Assembly (NCBI RefSeq): GCF_001194135.2
Contig: NC_068984.1
Coordinates: forward strand, 26,421,406-26,485,405
Source of the DNA: Octopus bimaculoides
Taxonomy: Eukaryota
Direction of reading: 5' to 3'
DNA length: 64,000 bases
Both the position numbers and the translations under genes were made by a program. Below the pieces are notes generated by a model that saw only the letters and a list, made by a program, of their open reading frames with translations, made no database searches and had not been told where the DNA came from. The first letter of the stretch is position 1. Each line of letters starts with the position of its first letter. This document shows, one piece after another, positions 27,325-40,074 of the stretch.

Positions 27325-27770
27325 ACGTGAAAGCAGAATCATTAGCGTGCCGGGTGAAATGCTTAGCGGCATTTCGTCTTTACGTTCAAATTCCGCCAGG
27401 GTCGACTTTGTCTTTCATCCTCTCGGAGTCGATGCAATACATACATACATACATACATACACACATACACACATACATACATACATACACACATACATAC
27501 ATACATACATACATACACACACATACATACATACATACATACATACACACATACATACATACACACATACATACACACATACACACATGCATACATACAN
27601 NNNNNNNNNATACACACATACATACATACACACATACATACACACATACACACATGCATACATACATACATACATACATACATACATACATACATACATA
27701 CACACATACATACATACATACATACATACATACATACATACATACATACATACGTACGTACGTACGTACA
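27325..27770 (+). mobile_element. SINE family A head running into a long (ATAC)n/(AC)n microsatellite
   Basis: gcagaatcattagcgtgccgggtgaaatgcttagcggcatttcg...gtctttcatcctctcggagtcgat, then about 330 nt of ATAC repeats. Confidence 0.85.
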
Positions 27771-28228
27771 TAATTGATACTTTGTTAGTTCAAAGGGTTA
27801 AATCATATACCGAAACTCAAAAATTAAATCGAAACTGTTATGCACGAGGAACCAAGGTGTAGAGTCAAAACATGAACACACAGGTAGGTGGCAAATCATC
27901 ATCCTTATTATTTGCAACAATAATAATGTAAACAATACAACCAGTAACAGCAGAACTGGTAGTAGGAATATCGTAACAGGAATATAGAAAATGTGATCCT
28001 AAATTGAAACACGCAATCACACTGACTCACACACAGACATCTAATATATCTCACTTCTCTCTCCCTTTCACTATTCTCTCTCTCTCTCTCTCTCGCGCCT
28101 CTCTCTCGCGCCTCTCTAGTTCGTTCTCAACACTTATGCATATACATACATGCCCATACACAAGCATACTCATTCACACATATATAGGTGAGTGTGAATT
28201 TGCACGTATTTATATATTTAGGTTCGTA

Positions 28229-28284
<56 letters not shown>

Positions 28285-29536
28285 GATATACGGTGTGCAT
28301 ATGTGTGTATGAGTGTAATGTGTATGTGTGTGTGCGTGTATATATTGTATGTATGCTTGTACGTATGTATGTGTGCATAGACGTGTGTGTATGTATGCAT
28401 GTATGAATTTGAACGTGAATGCGTGTACAGAGAGAAAGGGGGAAAGAGAGAAAGAGAGATAGATAGATAGATAGATAGATAGAGAGATAGATAGATAGAG
28501 ATAGATAGATAGATATATATATATATATANNNNNNNNNNNNNNNNNNNNNNNNNNNNNNNNNNNNNNNNNNNNNNNNNNNNNNNNNNNNNNNNNNNNNNN
28601 NNNNNNNNNNNNNNNNNNNNNNNNNNNNNNNNNNNNNNNNNNNNNNNNNNNNNNNNNNNNNNNNNNNNNNNNNNNNNNNNNNNNNNNNNNNACAGAGAGA
28701 GAGAGAAAGAGAGAGAGAGAGAAAGGAAAGAATTTACGTCTCAAGAAATTTGTGACCGGATTTTCGCTTCGAATGCGAAAATAGTTGTTGGAAGAAATAC
28801 AAAAGCGCGAAGGTCTGAGGAATACAACAATACTGAAACATCTTGACTCCATGCTGGCCTCTGAAGAAAGGGGATTGAGTTAGAAAGAAAGGAATACTAG
28901 AAAATAGAATGTAGATAATAAAAAAAGTAAAGTGAAGGCATAGCAAAAACGAAAAAGAAAAAAAAGAGAAAGAAGGAAAAAAAAAGTAAGAAAGAAAATA
29001 AAAAAAAATAGGAGGGAAGGACGGAAAGCGTAATGGTTATTTTGTCAGCGGGATTATAATTTAAAAAGCAGCTATTCGCGGTTTTCTTGATGGGATAGGA
29101 AGGAAGGTTGCGAGGGAATTCGGCATGGCTCATCATCGCCCCAGGGGGAAGTGAACGAATCTGAAGAAGCTCAGATGATCTATGATCTTGCAGTGTTTTC
29201 ATCGACACGCATGCCTGTTTTCAAAGAGAGCAACGAAGAAGCCAGTCCGTCCAGGCAACAGCGGGGCAACTTTTGAAACGCATACAATGTTTCGTATGGG
29301 GTTCTACTTTGGCCTGATGCACCCGTTACTGAAATGAATGAATGAATAACTGAATGAATGAATGCATAAATAAATAAATGAAATTGTTTTGAGATAGTTA
29401 AGATAATGTAGACGAAATGTATAAGGCCGCCACCTAGCATTCGTTCTCACCCACATGCCTATATGTATGCGTGTGTATGTAATTTCGTGCATGCAGATAT
29501 ATCTAACCGACATTTATGCGCGCACGCACACGCACG

Positions 29537-29584
<48 letters not shown>

Positions 29585-30439
29585 GATATATGAATTAACA
29601 CACATACGCACACGCACACACGCACACATATATAATGATAGTTGGTGATTAATCTTATCCTTACTAGGTGTTTCCCAAACATAAATTATACATGTAAGCA
29701 ATCGGATCTAATTTCGTGATTAATCGAGGATGCTGGTGACTTTGCAGAGTACTAATCAGACCAGTTTTTATTGGTCACGGTGTGTCACGTTGTGGAAATA
29801 CGTTGCTGACATAACGGAAGTGTTTGAGCTTTCGTTACGCGAATTCTGGAAATTACACAGGCTATGCCATATGGTTGTCAAGAGCTGCTACTGCCGTAGC
29901 TTTTCAGATGTCTATAAATTTGTGTTAGTCTCGGGTATTGAAATATCTGGAAATTATCCAAGCTAAGCTATTTCTATGGTGATAGATAGTAGCTCTGACC
30001 TCCGATTGGCGGATGTTGCTAGTTGCTTCAATATCTGAAACTGCTCAAAATAAAAAAATAATAATAAACCTGACAGCTATTGTCCCGTTGAAATATGGAG
30101 CTACTGGTTTTTTTTTTATATGAAATATCAAAAATGCTGCACTGAATTGGGTAACATTCACATCCTTGGTTCTTAGATAAATTGGGATTTATGTTTTTTT
30201 TTTTAGTTTTTTTTTGTTTTTTTTTTTTACTCAAATGAATTAAGATACTGGTTCTAACGTCTTTTGAAATTGTTCGGTGTGAGTCCTGTGTAACTTTATT
30301 CTATGTTTCCCGGAGGTGACATGGTCGATCAACATACCACTCCTTTGGAAAAGCAGAATCTTCTGAGTTGGCACGTAATGTATTTTGACAACTGTATGTC
30401 GAGGTGTGGTCTTTGGAGAGATATAGTTTATCGAAAGCA

Positions 30440-30930
30440 AATCAGCATGCAACTTAACCCAATTTCATATCGTGAACATTCATCTATCTACACTTAAATG
30501 TATCTCCCTGAAAGACACAAATTTCGTAAGAGAAGTCACCACAGTTAGTGAGCTGGACATTAGGTTAGTAATGAACGCCAGGAAGCCACTGTTGCATTAT
30601 GATAATTTCTGCTGTTTTATAAAGGAGGATGTCCTTCAATTCACTATCTACATGAAAAGCTACGATATAGCTGAAATGGTTGATTTAATGTACTAAATGA
30701 CACTCTCAAAGAGTAAACAACTCCCACTACTAAAGATTGTAAGCCGTGATGATGGCTTAGAAATCTTATGCAATATGAATAGTCACTCCCTTACAAAAGA
30801 TTTAAAAGGAATACATTAGGAGTTTGGCTTAAACATAATAATTAACATTAATCTAACGATAGCTAACTTCCTAAATATAACAGTAGATATAAATACAGAC
30901 AAACGTTAACTTCATAAGAAGCTAAATGCA
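30440..30930 (+). mobile_element. Penelope-like element RT fragment (Naiad/Chlamys-type)
   Basis: QFHIVNIH..., IRLVMNARKPLL...FTIYMKSYDIAEMVDL (cf. HARKSLL...FDVTMGSYDGAE), SRDDGLEIL (cf. YRDDGL), and EFGLNIIININLTIANFLNITVDINT. Confidence 0.75.
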
Positions 30931-31129
30931 TAACTTTTTTTAAAAAACATGAGAGTCAGTCTACAACTTCCGAGGCGTTATCTATTCATAGCAAGGTTTC
31001 ACAGAGATACAGCTGCTTGAATTAAGATCATTACTGTTGTATGGTGGCTCTCTCGGACATGCTTTCAGTCATACCGCTAGTTACCTTAACGATACAAAGT
31101 CACTACCACTAGTCTCCACCACTAGTCAC

Positions 31130-31640
31130 CACCACTAGTTACCTTGACAATACAAAGTATCACAATCAGTCTGATGATAATGCAAAGCAACAGTAAGACC
31201 TGAGAGAAATATACAAGTGGGTTGAAAAAAAAGCATCACGTAGTTTCATGGGGAAATTTGTGCTTTGCTGTCATCCCACAAACAGATTGCAATCGGGATG
31301 CACAAGGCCAGGATTATTGTAATCCCAGACTCACAATTAATGTTTTATCTGGGAATCCACAGGAGTAGTGATGCATTATTCCGTGTGCACATTGCAATAT
31401 GCAGGTGACTGACTGATTGGATTCTGATATTCAGAATAAGAGAAAAGCAGACCATTTTGGTTTACTCAGTCACCTGGACTGTTACCTGCAATTGTGATTG
31501 CCGAATACTAGAGGCAATCCAACGTTGCTACACCTAGCAGGTTGCAACTGATGAGCTACTGGGTGAGACAAAAATAACTGAGGCTCTATTTCCTCAGAGA
31601 TCTACGAGCCGTAGATGCGGATGTATTCAAAATCAATAAC
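31130..31640 (+). mobile_element. CR1-like LINE RT fragment, heavily decayed
   Basis: YLDNTK...DDNAKQQ*DLREIYKWVE (cf. FADDTK...LQxDLxxIYxW) and ILEAIQRCYT...MSYWVR. Confidence 0.6.
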
Positions 31641-31760
31641 ACAAAAATTTAAATGTGAAATGAACCAACATCACGGCAAGAAACGCATACGGTGAAGGCA
31701 TTGTCTAATGACTGAAATAAGTAAAAGCTATATCTATATAATGTATATGGGTGCTGGAGT

Positions 31761-31960
31761 GGCTGTGTGGCCAGTAGCTTGCTTACCAGCCACACGGTTC
31801 CGGGTTCAGTACAACCGTATGGCACCTTGGGCAAGTGTCTTCTACTATAGCCTCGGGCCGACCAAAGCCTTGTGAGTGGATTTGGCAGACGGAAACTGAA
31901 AGGAGCCCGTCGTATATATGTATATACATACATACATACATACATAGATACAAACATACA

Positions 31961-31998
<38 letters not shown>

Positions 31999-32147
31999 TG
32001 TGTGTGTGTTTGTTCTCCCCACCATCGCTTGACAACTGATGTTGGTGTGTTTACGTCCACGTAAATTAGTGCGGTTTATTCGACTAAAGGCGGTGCTCCA
32101 GCATGTCCGCAGTCGAAATGACTGAAACAAATAAAAGAATAAAAAAA
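31761..32147 (+). mobile_element. composite SINE family B (head + CORE-like domain + internal microsatellite + tail)
   Basis: Colinear with the opposite-strand copy at 34381-34770, with an internal deletion of roughly 60 nt in the tail. Confidence 0.9.
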
Positions 32148-32258
32148 TATATCAGAACTTGTTACGCTGTGTTCATAGTAGCGTCTACTTAAATAGAATA
32201 TAAATCTATCATATATTTACCTTATGCAAATATACTACTTAAAATAAAATAATAAATG

Positions 32259-32500
32259 CGCCCCTTTAAAGCCTAACCAGGCTCATGGGCCCGGTTTCCT
32301 GGTTTCAATGGCGTATGTGTTCCCCAGCTGGACGGGACTATAGTCCAACGCAGCGTTACTCATTTTTGAGTAGACTGGAGCAACGTGAAATGAAATGTTT
32401 TGATCAAGAACACAACGCATCGCCCGGTCCAGTCCAGAAATCGAAACCACAATCTTACGATCATGATGCTGACACCCTAACCACTAAGCCACGCGCCTCC
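32259..32500 (-). mobile_element. SINE family C, near full length
   Basis: The minus strand starts ggaggcgcgtggcttagtggttagggtgtcagcatcatgatcgtaagattgtggtttcgatttc and ends with the tail gggcccatgagcctggttaggctttaaagggg. Confidence 0.9.
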
Positions 32501-32570
32501 ACACAAATATACTACTTACTGTATCGATAAATATCACTAATTGTATCAATAATAAATAAACATACATATA

Positions 32571-33457
32571 CGAGGGCTGATCAATAAGTATCCAGACTGT
32601 TGCCATAGTAATGAAGCTAAATCACCCAGAGCAAAGCTGCTTGGCACAAATTAACTTTGTACTCTGCTGTGCATGCGCACTAAGTTTTAACGTTCTAGCT
32701 CACTTCCGCTGTTTACAGCAGCGTTTCGAAGGAATGTGTGTAGCGTGTAATCGTAGCATTTATTTTGATAGAGGCAATTTAGCAGAGAACCTACATCAAA
32801 TTATGCCAAAAGCTTGGTGATACCTGCCCAGAGACCTACGCAAAGTTTTCAAAAAGATTTCATCGTTCTTGACACAATCATGGAGATCTTGTGCAACTAA
32901 AATCCCCGTGTCTTTTTGGTTAGCTGAAAGCAGTTTTGGCACAAACTTGGCAGACACACGTCTCATACCCAAATCTTCAGTGATAATGGACTGAACTGAA
33001 GCGTAACTAATCTGCACATCCTTTGATAACTCACGGATGGTGATTCGACGATTTACCCTCACAGCTGCACTCACATCTGCGATGTTTTTCCTCAGTTCTG
33101 CTGGTTGCGGGTCTCCCAAAACATCCGTCAATATCGCCATTTTTTCGGACATCTTGGAAACGTCCGAACCACTCGTACACTTGTGTGCGGCTCATACATT
33201 CCTCTCCATACACTTTTTGCAACTTTGCGTCGGCCTCTGAGCAGGTATCGTCATGACAACTTTCTCTGTCATGGTCAATGCGACGATCACACGCTACACA
33301 CCTTCCTTCCAATCAGTGTTGTAAACAGCGGAAGTGAACTAGAACGTTAACACTTAGTGCGCATACACAGCAGAGATCAAGGTCACTCTGTGCAAAGCGG
33401 CTTTATTCTGCTTCGTTGCTATGGTAGCAGTCCGGTTACTTATTAAATCAATCCTCG
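32571..33457 (-). mobile_element. mariner-type element with transposase N-terminal (HTH) remnant
   Basis: TA-flanked ends cgagggctgatcaataagtatccagactg and its inverted counterpart. The minus strand encodes LQKVYGEECMSRTQVYEWFGRF...GRPATSRTE and VNRRITIRELSKDVQISYASVQSIITEDLGMRRVSAKFVPKLL (cf. WVPxxL). No DDD region is present. Confidence 0.9.
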
Positions 33458-34380
33458 TAAGTTGTGCATAGTAGCGCCTAATTAAATAGAAGAATTCTAT
33501 CATATATTTAGCTAATGCGATAATTAATATATAAGCATACATATATCCATCATATTTGCAAGCACTTATGTACGCATGTATGTATTTATTACTATATATA
33601 TATACATATTTATATATATATGTGCATGTGCTTGTATGCATGTATGTATATACAGATATGCACAAACGCGCGCATACATATATATGAAGGAGGCAGAAGA
33701 AACAGTTTTGAAATAATTTGAATAAACAAATAATTGAGAAATTAAGAAACTAAAACGGCCGCTCAAATTCTTTGAGAATGAAATAAAGTACTCTCATGAA
33801 AATGAAAGAGCAATAAAAGTAACCTGATCTTTGGAAAAACATAAAAACTAACCTCCAAATCCTTTACAGTTTGGCAAATGAAACGGCCTCTGTGCACCGC
33901 AAAATAGTGATATTGTTTAAAGGAAGTGGGTCACACACTGCAATGTTCTCTCAATGAACAATTCAATAGTATTTTCACCTCCCTGTTCGTACACAAATAG
34001 CTGAGCCAACAGTGTTTTTCGACACTGGAGTCTTTCATACAGAAGTTACAATCCTCAGTTACATAGACGTAGAAGGAACTGATGTAATAGCTGTTATAGA
34101 CGAAATGTATATAATCTCAACAACAAGCCCTGAAAGCTTCTTAACAAATCTCCTTTAAACGTGCCGAAAAATAATTCCTTAGCTAATCTGCTTCGAGAAC
34201 TTTTCAGAAAATTTTCTGGAATGCGTTAAACCTAAAATTTGAAAGAGGATATATGTTCTTTTAGAAAGAAAGGGAACAGATGTATGGAATTGCAGGCCAA
34301 TGTCTCTGGCTTCACATTTCAGCAATGTCATATTAGAAGGATGTTGGGCTTTGACCTCTTCAAGCAAACGTATATTGAAA

Positions 34381-34770
34381 TCTTTACTCTTTTACTCTTT
34401 TCAGTCGTTTGACTGTGGCCATGCTGGAGCACCGCCTTTAGTCGAGCAAATCGACCCCAGAACTTATTCTCTGTAAGCCTAGTACTTATTCTATCGGTCT
34501 CTTTTGCCGAACCGATAAGTTACGAGGACGTAAACACACCAGCATCGGTTGTCAAGCGATGTTGGGGAGGGGGACAAACACAGACACACAAACATATACA
34601 TGCACACATACATATATACGACGGGCCTCTTTCAGTTTCAGTCTGCCAAATCCACTGACAAGGCTTTGGTCGGCCCGAGGCTATAGTAGAAGACACTTGC
34701 CCAAGGTGCCACGCAGTGGGACTGAACCCAGAATCATGTAGTTCGTAAGCAAGCTACTCACCACACAGTC
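34381..34770 (-). mobile_element. full-length composite SINE family B
   Basis: tRNA-like head, CORE-like caccttgggcaagtgtcttctactatagcc, internal (TG)/(TA) microsatellite, tail, and terminal (AAAAGAGT)n repeats. Confidence 0.92.
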
Positions 34771-35113
34771 ATTCACCACACGCCTTGTAGAGAATTGAAA
34801 AAAGATGTACGAAAAATCCAAACTGATTTTTTTCATTTTATTTTTGCATTGCATTTTATGTGATTATTTTTTGTTTTATCGTAGTTTTGTTTTATTTTTA
34901 ATATCTTCTTAATATTTTCTCTATGCATTTATTTTCTTCATATCTGTTCTCTATTTGTACTTGTACTATATTTTCTATAGTCTTGACAGGCATAAATACT
35001 TGTGTGCGGGCGTATGTATGTGTATATGTACAAATATACGTGTATGTACATATGCATTTATATGTACACACATATATATATATGTATGCATGTATGTACG
35101 TACACCCCCCCCC

Positions 35114-35145
<32 letters not shown>

Positions 35146-35273
35146 AACATATACGTATAAATATGTAACCACACAATTTGAATGTTGAATTAAGGGACGA
35201 GCTGCTAGAATCGCTAGCACTTTGAATTAAATGCTTTGCGGCATTTCTTCATACGTAAATAGACATATTCGTA

Positions 35274-36920
35274 CCGTGTTTCCCCGAAAATAAGACCCTG
35301 TCTTATATTAATTCTACATCCAAAAAATGCATTAGGGATTACTTTCGATGGGTGTCTGGTATTTTTGCGGAAAAAACCCAAGACGAAAAAGTCTCATGTC
35401 CTCGTAAAAAGGAAAAAAAATGTAAAAAGGAAACTCGCGTTTTTAGTTATCAAAAGTTTATTTGTTTATATTTTAGTCAAGTACAGCCATTTCGTCCTCT
35501 TCTGGAACATCATTACAAATCATCAAACCCCGAACTTCAGACTGAATTTCTTGCAAATCCATTTCCTGTAGAATCATAGACCTCAATCTCTCATATTTGG
35601 CAATATAACTTCCTTTAAACGAAGTACCCTGCTCGTAGTCCATTGGCAACGCAACTGTCGGTAATTTTATTCCGTGCATTCTTCACCCAATTCACGACTT
35701 CTTGGAGGTTAGGTTTGACAAAGTTTCTACTCTGATTTCTTTCCATTCTATGTTCGATATATTCATTCACTTCCATCCGAAAATAATCCTTGAAGGGCTT
35801 GTTTATTACAAGATTTAATGTTAGTAGATATGTAGTCATTCCTGCGGGAATCATTATGTGGTCAATTCTTCTTTCAGAAAAGAAATGTTTTCATATCTTT
35901 TACGCGATAAGTACTGGCCGAATACCAGACGAAATGACCTCTTTGAGAACTACGTAAAACAAGTGGTATAGTTAAATCAAACCCATTTTCTTATAACAGC
36001 GTGTGTGCACCAAGCCTTTTCCGTTTCAAGGACATGAATGCCCAAAACTCGTTCTGTTTTAGCTTTTTTTTTTTTGCCCTTTGTTGTGAGCGCAAGGACT
36101 TTTGTTCCATCAAGACGAATTGCTAAAATACAAGTAACTCTTGCACTTTCGTAACCCGTTGAGGCAATGTAGATTATCGAGGCACTTGTCTGTTCAATTG
36201 TCGTTTTAGATCCTTGGCCCATAAATACTGTAGTCTCATCCGTAGCAATTATATTGGTGACATTGTATTTAGAAAAATCGATACCATCAATGAAGGACAT
36301 GAATGCAAGTGCACGTTGAATCACTTCAGCATCCTCCAGTTTGAACAGTGTTGTCGATCTTCTAAGAGAGAGCTCATATCGCTGAAGGAAGTTATCCAAC
36401 CAATGAGGCGATGCTTTGAATATCTCTGGGGGTATATCCAACTGTGGTGCCATTGCAGGAGCAAATTCTTGAATACCAGCCTTGCGTGCAACCAAAGCCT
36501 TTGTTCTTCTGTCAGCAATCCTTCCCGAGGTGATATCTTCCAGCTCCAAAAATAACGGTTGTCAACCTGGTCCACATTTGCACTTCCCTCATCCACCTGT
36601 CTGCTGAGATAATTGTACTCTGCTCACCATTTTCGAACCATTCGGAGATCCATCTTACGGAAAGCCGTAAGATGCTTGTTATGTGACTCTTCCACAATTC
36701 ATTTCTTGCACTCTACGGAATAATTCTTTGTTTTTGCACTCATCTTGCCCCGGGGGGGGGGGGGAAGAGAGTCTACTCCGTGCATGCGCGCTCAGCGCGG
36801 ACTTTAGCCAAGCTGTGGTAGTTGATTTATTTTGCAAGCATCACACGGTCTTGTTAACAAGCTGATGCATTTTTGACTATCCTGAAAAATTATGGTATGG
36901 CTTATTTTCGGGGAAACATG
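35274..36920 (-). mobile_element. pogo-superfamily DNA transposon (DD35D, Passer/POGK-like), near full length, inactivated
   Basis: TIRs tgtttccccgaaaataag with TA flanks. Remnants include the CENP-B HTH (FKASPHWLDNFLQRYELSLRRST), IATDETTVF, WYSASTYR and IPAGMTTYLLTLNLVINKPFKD. The spacing between the second and third catalytic positions is 35 after correcting one frameshift. Confidence 0.9.
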
Positions 36921-36949
36921 TAACCCACCCACACAATTTAAACGTTAAA

Positions 36950-37160
36950 TTAAGGGATAAGCTTGTAGAATCATTAGTGATTTGCACAAAATGCTTAGTG
37001 GCATTTCTTCCGGATTTTTACGTTCTGGGTTCAAATTTCGTCCTTTTCATCCTTTCAGAATCGGTAAAATAAGTACCAATTGAACACTTAGGTCGATGTA
37101 ATCCATTCACCCTTCCCTTGAAAGTACTACCGTTGTGCCAAAATATAAACCCATTAATTT
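36950..37160 (+). mobile_element. SINE family A, diverged
   Basis: gtagaatcattag...aaatgcttagtggcatttc...ttttcatcctttcagaatcggtaaaataagtacc...ggtcgatgtaatc. Confidence 0.75.
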
Positions 37161-39446
37161 AAAGCTAGTTTAAGAAAAATAACGGAATATGGGGTGACTC
37201 AATACTAAGATTAGAGTAAAATTTATTGTAGCATGAAAGGCATCGTTTCACGAAGGCCGGTGCATTTATCTCACACATAGCTTCTAAGCATCCAATGCTA
37301 TGTTTCAAGTTCCGCACAGGAGATTTCAGCTTACATACATTCATGCGGAATTCGCGCGCGCTTACACACACACACAAAACAGAAATGAGTTTGATAGAAA
37401 GAACTCAGAGTGGTCAGTCGACAGACTTTTCCAATAGCATGTTAATTTTGGAGAACTTTTGATTTTCGAGATTATCTCTCTTTTGCATTTGGAGTTGTTA
37501 CCAATTGCCTCCGAGTGATTGATCTACTCTCTCTGTATGTGGAGATAACTTCAGTATGTCATAACTTTATCTTGTATATCATTCAATTTAATCTTATTCA
37601 AGTGTTGTTCAAATACACGCCACTGGCCATTCCGTATTACTTCTCTTAGCTCATTTTCGTTTCATTTATGCAAATAACCCAGGCCCCAAATTTGTTCCAG
37701 AGCTTTTCTTATGTCTGTCCTTTCTGCTGAAGGTAAGGTTCGACAGTTGCTTTGCTGATGACAGCTACTGAGGCAGAAATATGTGTTCATAGATTTCTTC
37801 ATGTCTTCAGAAATCAGACTATTTACTTTAACCGCATGACAATTTTGGAGAAATCTTGAGCTTATCTAAACAAGATAATTACCAACCTGCCACCAAGCGA
37901 TTGGCTATTCTTTCTGGAAGTGAAAATAATTTCATTTCAGAGTAGTCTTTAAACTTCTCTGTTATGACCTGAAGAAGTATAAGAGACAGACGGAAGCTTA
38001 GAACTGAGTCCCGACAAGCAACCTAAATTCATCTTAATACATAGTTTACATAGCTTTCAAAAGAGACCACCAAACTACAAAGCATGGTACCCTACCAATA
38101 ACCTTCTCAATATCGACAAGTGATAAATATATTGGTTTGTTTATTCCTAAAAATTTCCATGTTTCACTTGGAAAAGGTTATCAAAAGTGTCCCATCCGGG
38201 CAGAAATGTGGAGAGCGTTTTTTCTAAACTAATTTTCCTTCAACCTATTTTTCCTATAATTTTTCAGTTACTTTGATAGCTTGTTCAATCAGGCTGCTAA
38301 CTCTATAGTTACTTCTTTCTACGAACATCTTGGCGTTTTTGGAGTTACTTGGAGTTCCCTTTCACTCATTTACGTACACATTCTCGCAATGTTTTATAGT
38401 AGCATAGCAATGCCTTCTCAATATCAGTGAACCAGTATCACTACGCATGCACTTTTTACTAACGACATCCAGATTCGCATTGATACATTGCTTTTCGAAT
38501 AAACGAAAAAGCTAGCAAACATCTTATTTCCCTTGCTAAGTATACTTGCAATCGGGCTTATTACATAGTATTGTTTCCTGAATCACTCTTTTTCTTCCAT
38601 GCTTTGATGGCCTGTTTACTAGAGTTTATGACTATCAACTGTACCGTTACACTGATACGTCACATTGGTTAGAATCTTATTTCATTGCAGATGTGTCCTG
38701 TGCTCCGTTGCAGGTTGTTTCGTAGTAACTCTAAGATGCTTAGTTGCTAATGCTATAGGTCTCTATTTCTCCCACCTTGTCGACATAAGCTTTATTTAGT
38801 ATTATTTTTAACTTACATCTGGCTGAGAGATACTTTGTACGATCACTTTTCAGATTGTTACGTGTCTCTGGGTTCGCCTGGTCTTCAATCTGATATAGTT
38901 AATCACTAATCTGTCAAGTAGGACGTTTTGCATGGCTGGCGTTAAAAGCCTCGATCCTTGTTCCTTCCGTGTATTATATATAACCTTAGTCACTATGATT
39001 ACCAAAATGACCATCAGGATGTTCTCAGCATGTCCATTAACGTTACATCTATGATATTGATGTCACTTGTCCAAATTGCTTAATACATACATACACACAC
39101 ACACACATATATATTGCATATGCTCTTATAAATGTAAATGACTACGTCACGATACTTGATGGCATAATGCCTCCGAATCTCTTCTTAGCAAATGGGCTTG
39201 CGCCTGGAAAGTTCCTCTCTAAAACACAAGCCATGTCAATGTTTTTAATGGAAGAATAGCAGTTGCCGATATTGTCCACGACATTGGTGCTGTCTAAAGT
39301 AAAGGCAAGGACTGATACAGCTTGCCAACTTTAGTAATTATCATCTTACACTAAGTAGAAGACTACTTAAAATATCAAATAATCATCTTTCGCCAACGTA
39401 TAACTGAGAAAGAAATGGCATGCAAGAATTGAAATACGTTGAAATG

Positions 39447-39494
<48 letters not shown>

Positions 39495-39639
39495 ACCAAA
39501 AAGCTACAACATCAAACAGGGTAACAGTTTTTCATGAATAAGTCGAAAGAATATTTCTACCCATCTGATTACTTTGTAACAAATCAGTTCACTGTCCCAT
39601 AATTTCCTAGATTTATTCGGTCAAGAGACATTTCTCACT

Positions 39640-39900
39640 GCAACTTTCCCGCTAGATCGGTGCAATATTTCCTGCAGAAGATAGGCCTAAAACCCAGACG
39701 ACTGAAGAAAGTCATCAAGAAGATGAGAATGACAAATGACAATAGCTTTAGGTGGCTATGGATGATAAGAGACCGCAAGTGGAACCTTTCTGTAGGTGAA
39801 GACTTATCCAGGCCTCACTGCTTCCCCACTCAGGCGAAGTGTACAGGCTAAGGGGCGAAACGCTTGCGAGCCTGAGATACCTGCTGACGATACGGAAGGG
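39640..39900 (+). mobile_element. HERO-like (RLE) non-LTR retrotransposon 3' end
   Basis: FPLD..QYFLQKIGLKPRRLKKVIKKMRMTNDNSFRWLWMIRDRKW resembles the C-terminal LxxLGIxGxxxxKAI...ASxWLWxKRxxxW. A 3' UTR containing gggcgaaac...gatacctgctgacgat follows. Confidence 0.55.
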
Positions 39901-40074
39901 TTTCCAGTATTGCAATAAATTTAGAAGATCTTGCCAAACCTCTGAGTAGCCCCCGCAGTTTCTGCATAGGACAAAGCATCTCTGATGTTTATTTCATCTG
40001 CTTAATATTATTTTTCTAAATTACATTAGTTGATAAACACATGTCTGCATGCTTGGAGATTTCTTCAAAGATCG

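Noticed and set aside
37400-39050. Possible very old L2/CR1 fragment (CFADDS near 37750)
   Set aside because: A single short motif, with surrounding frames too decayed to support a call.
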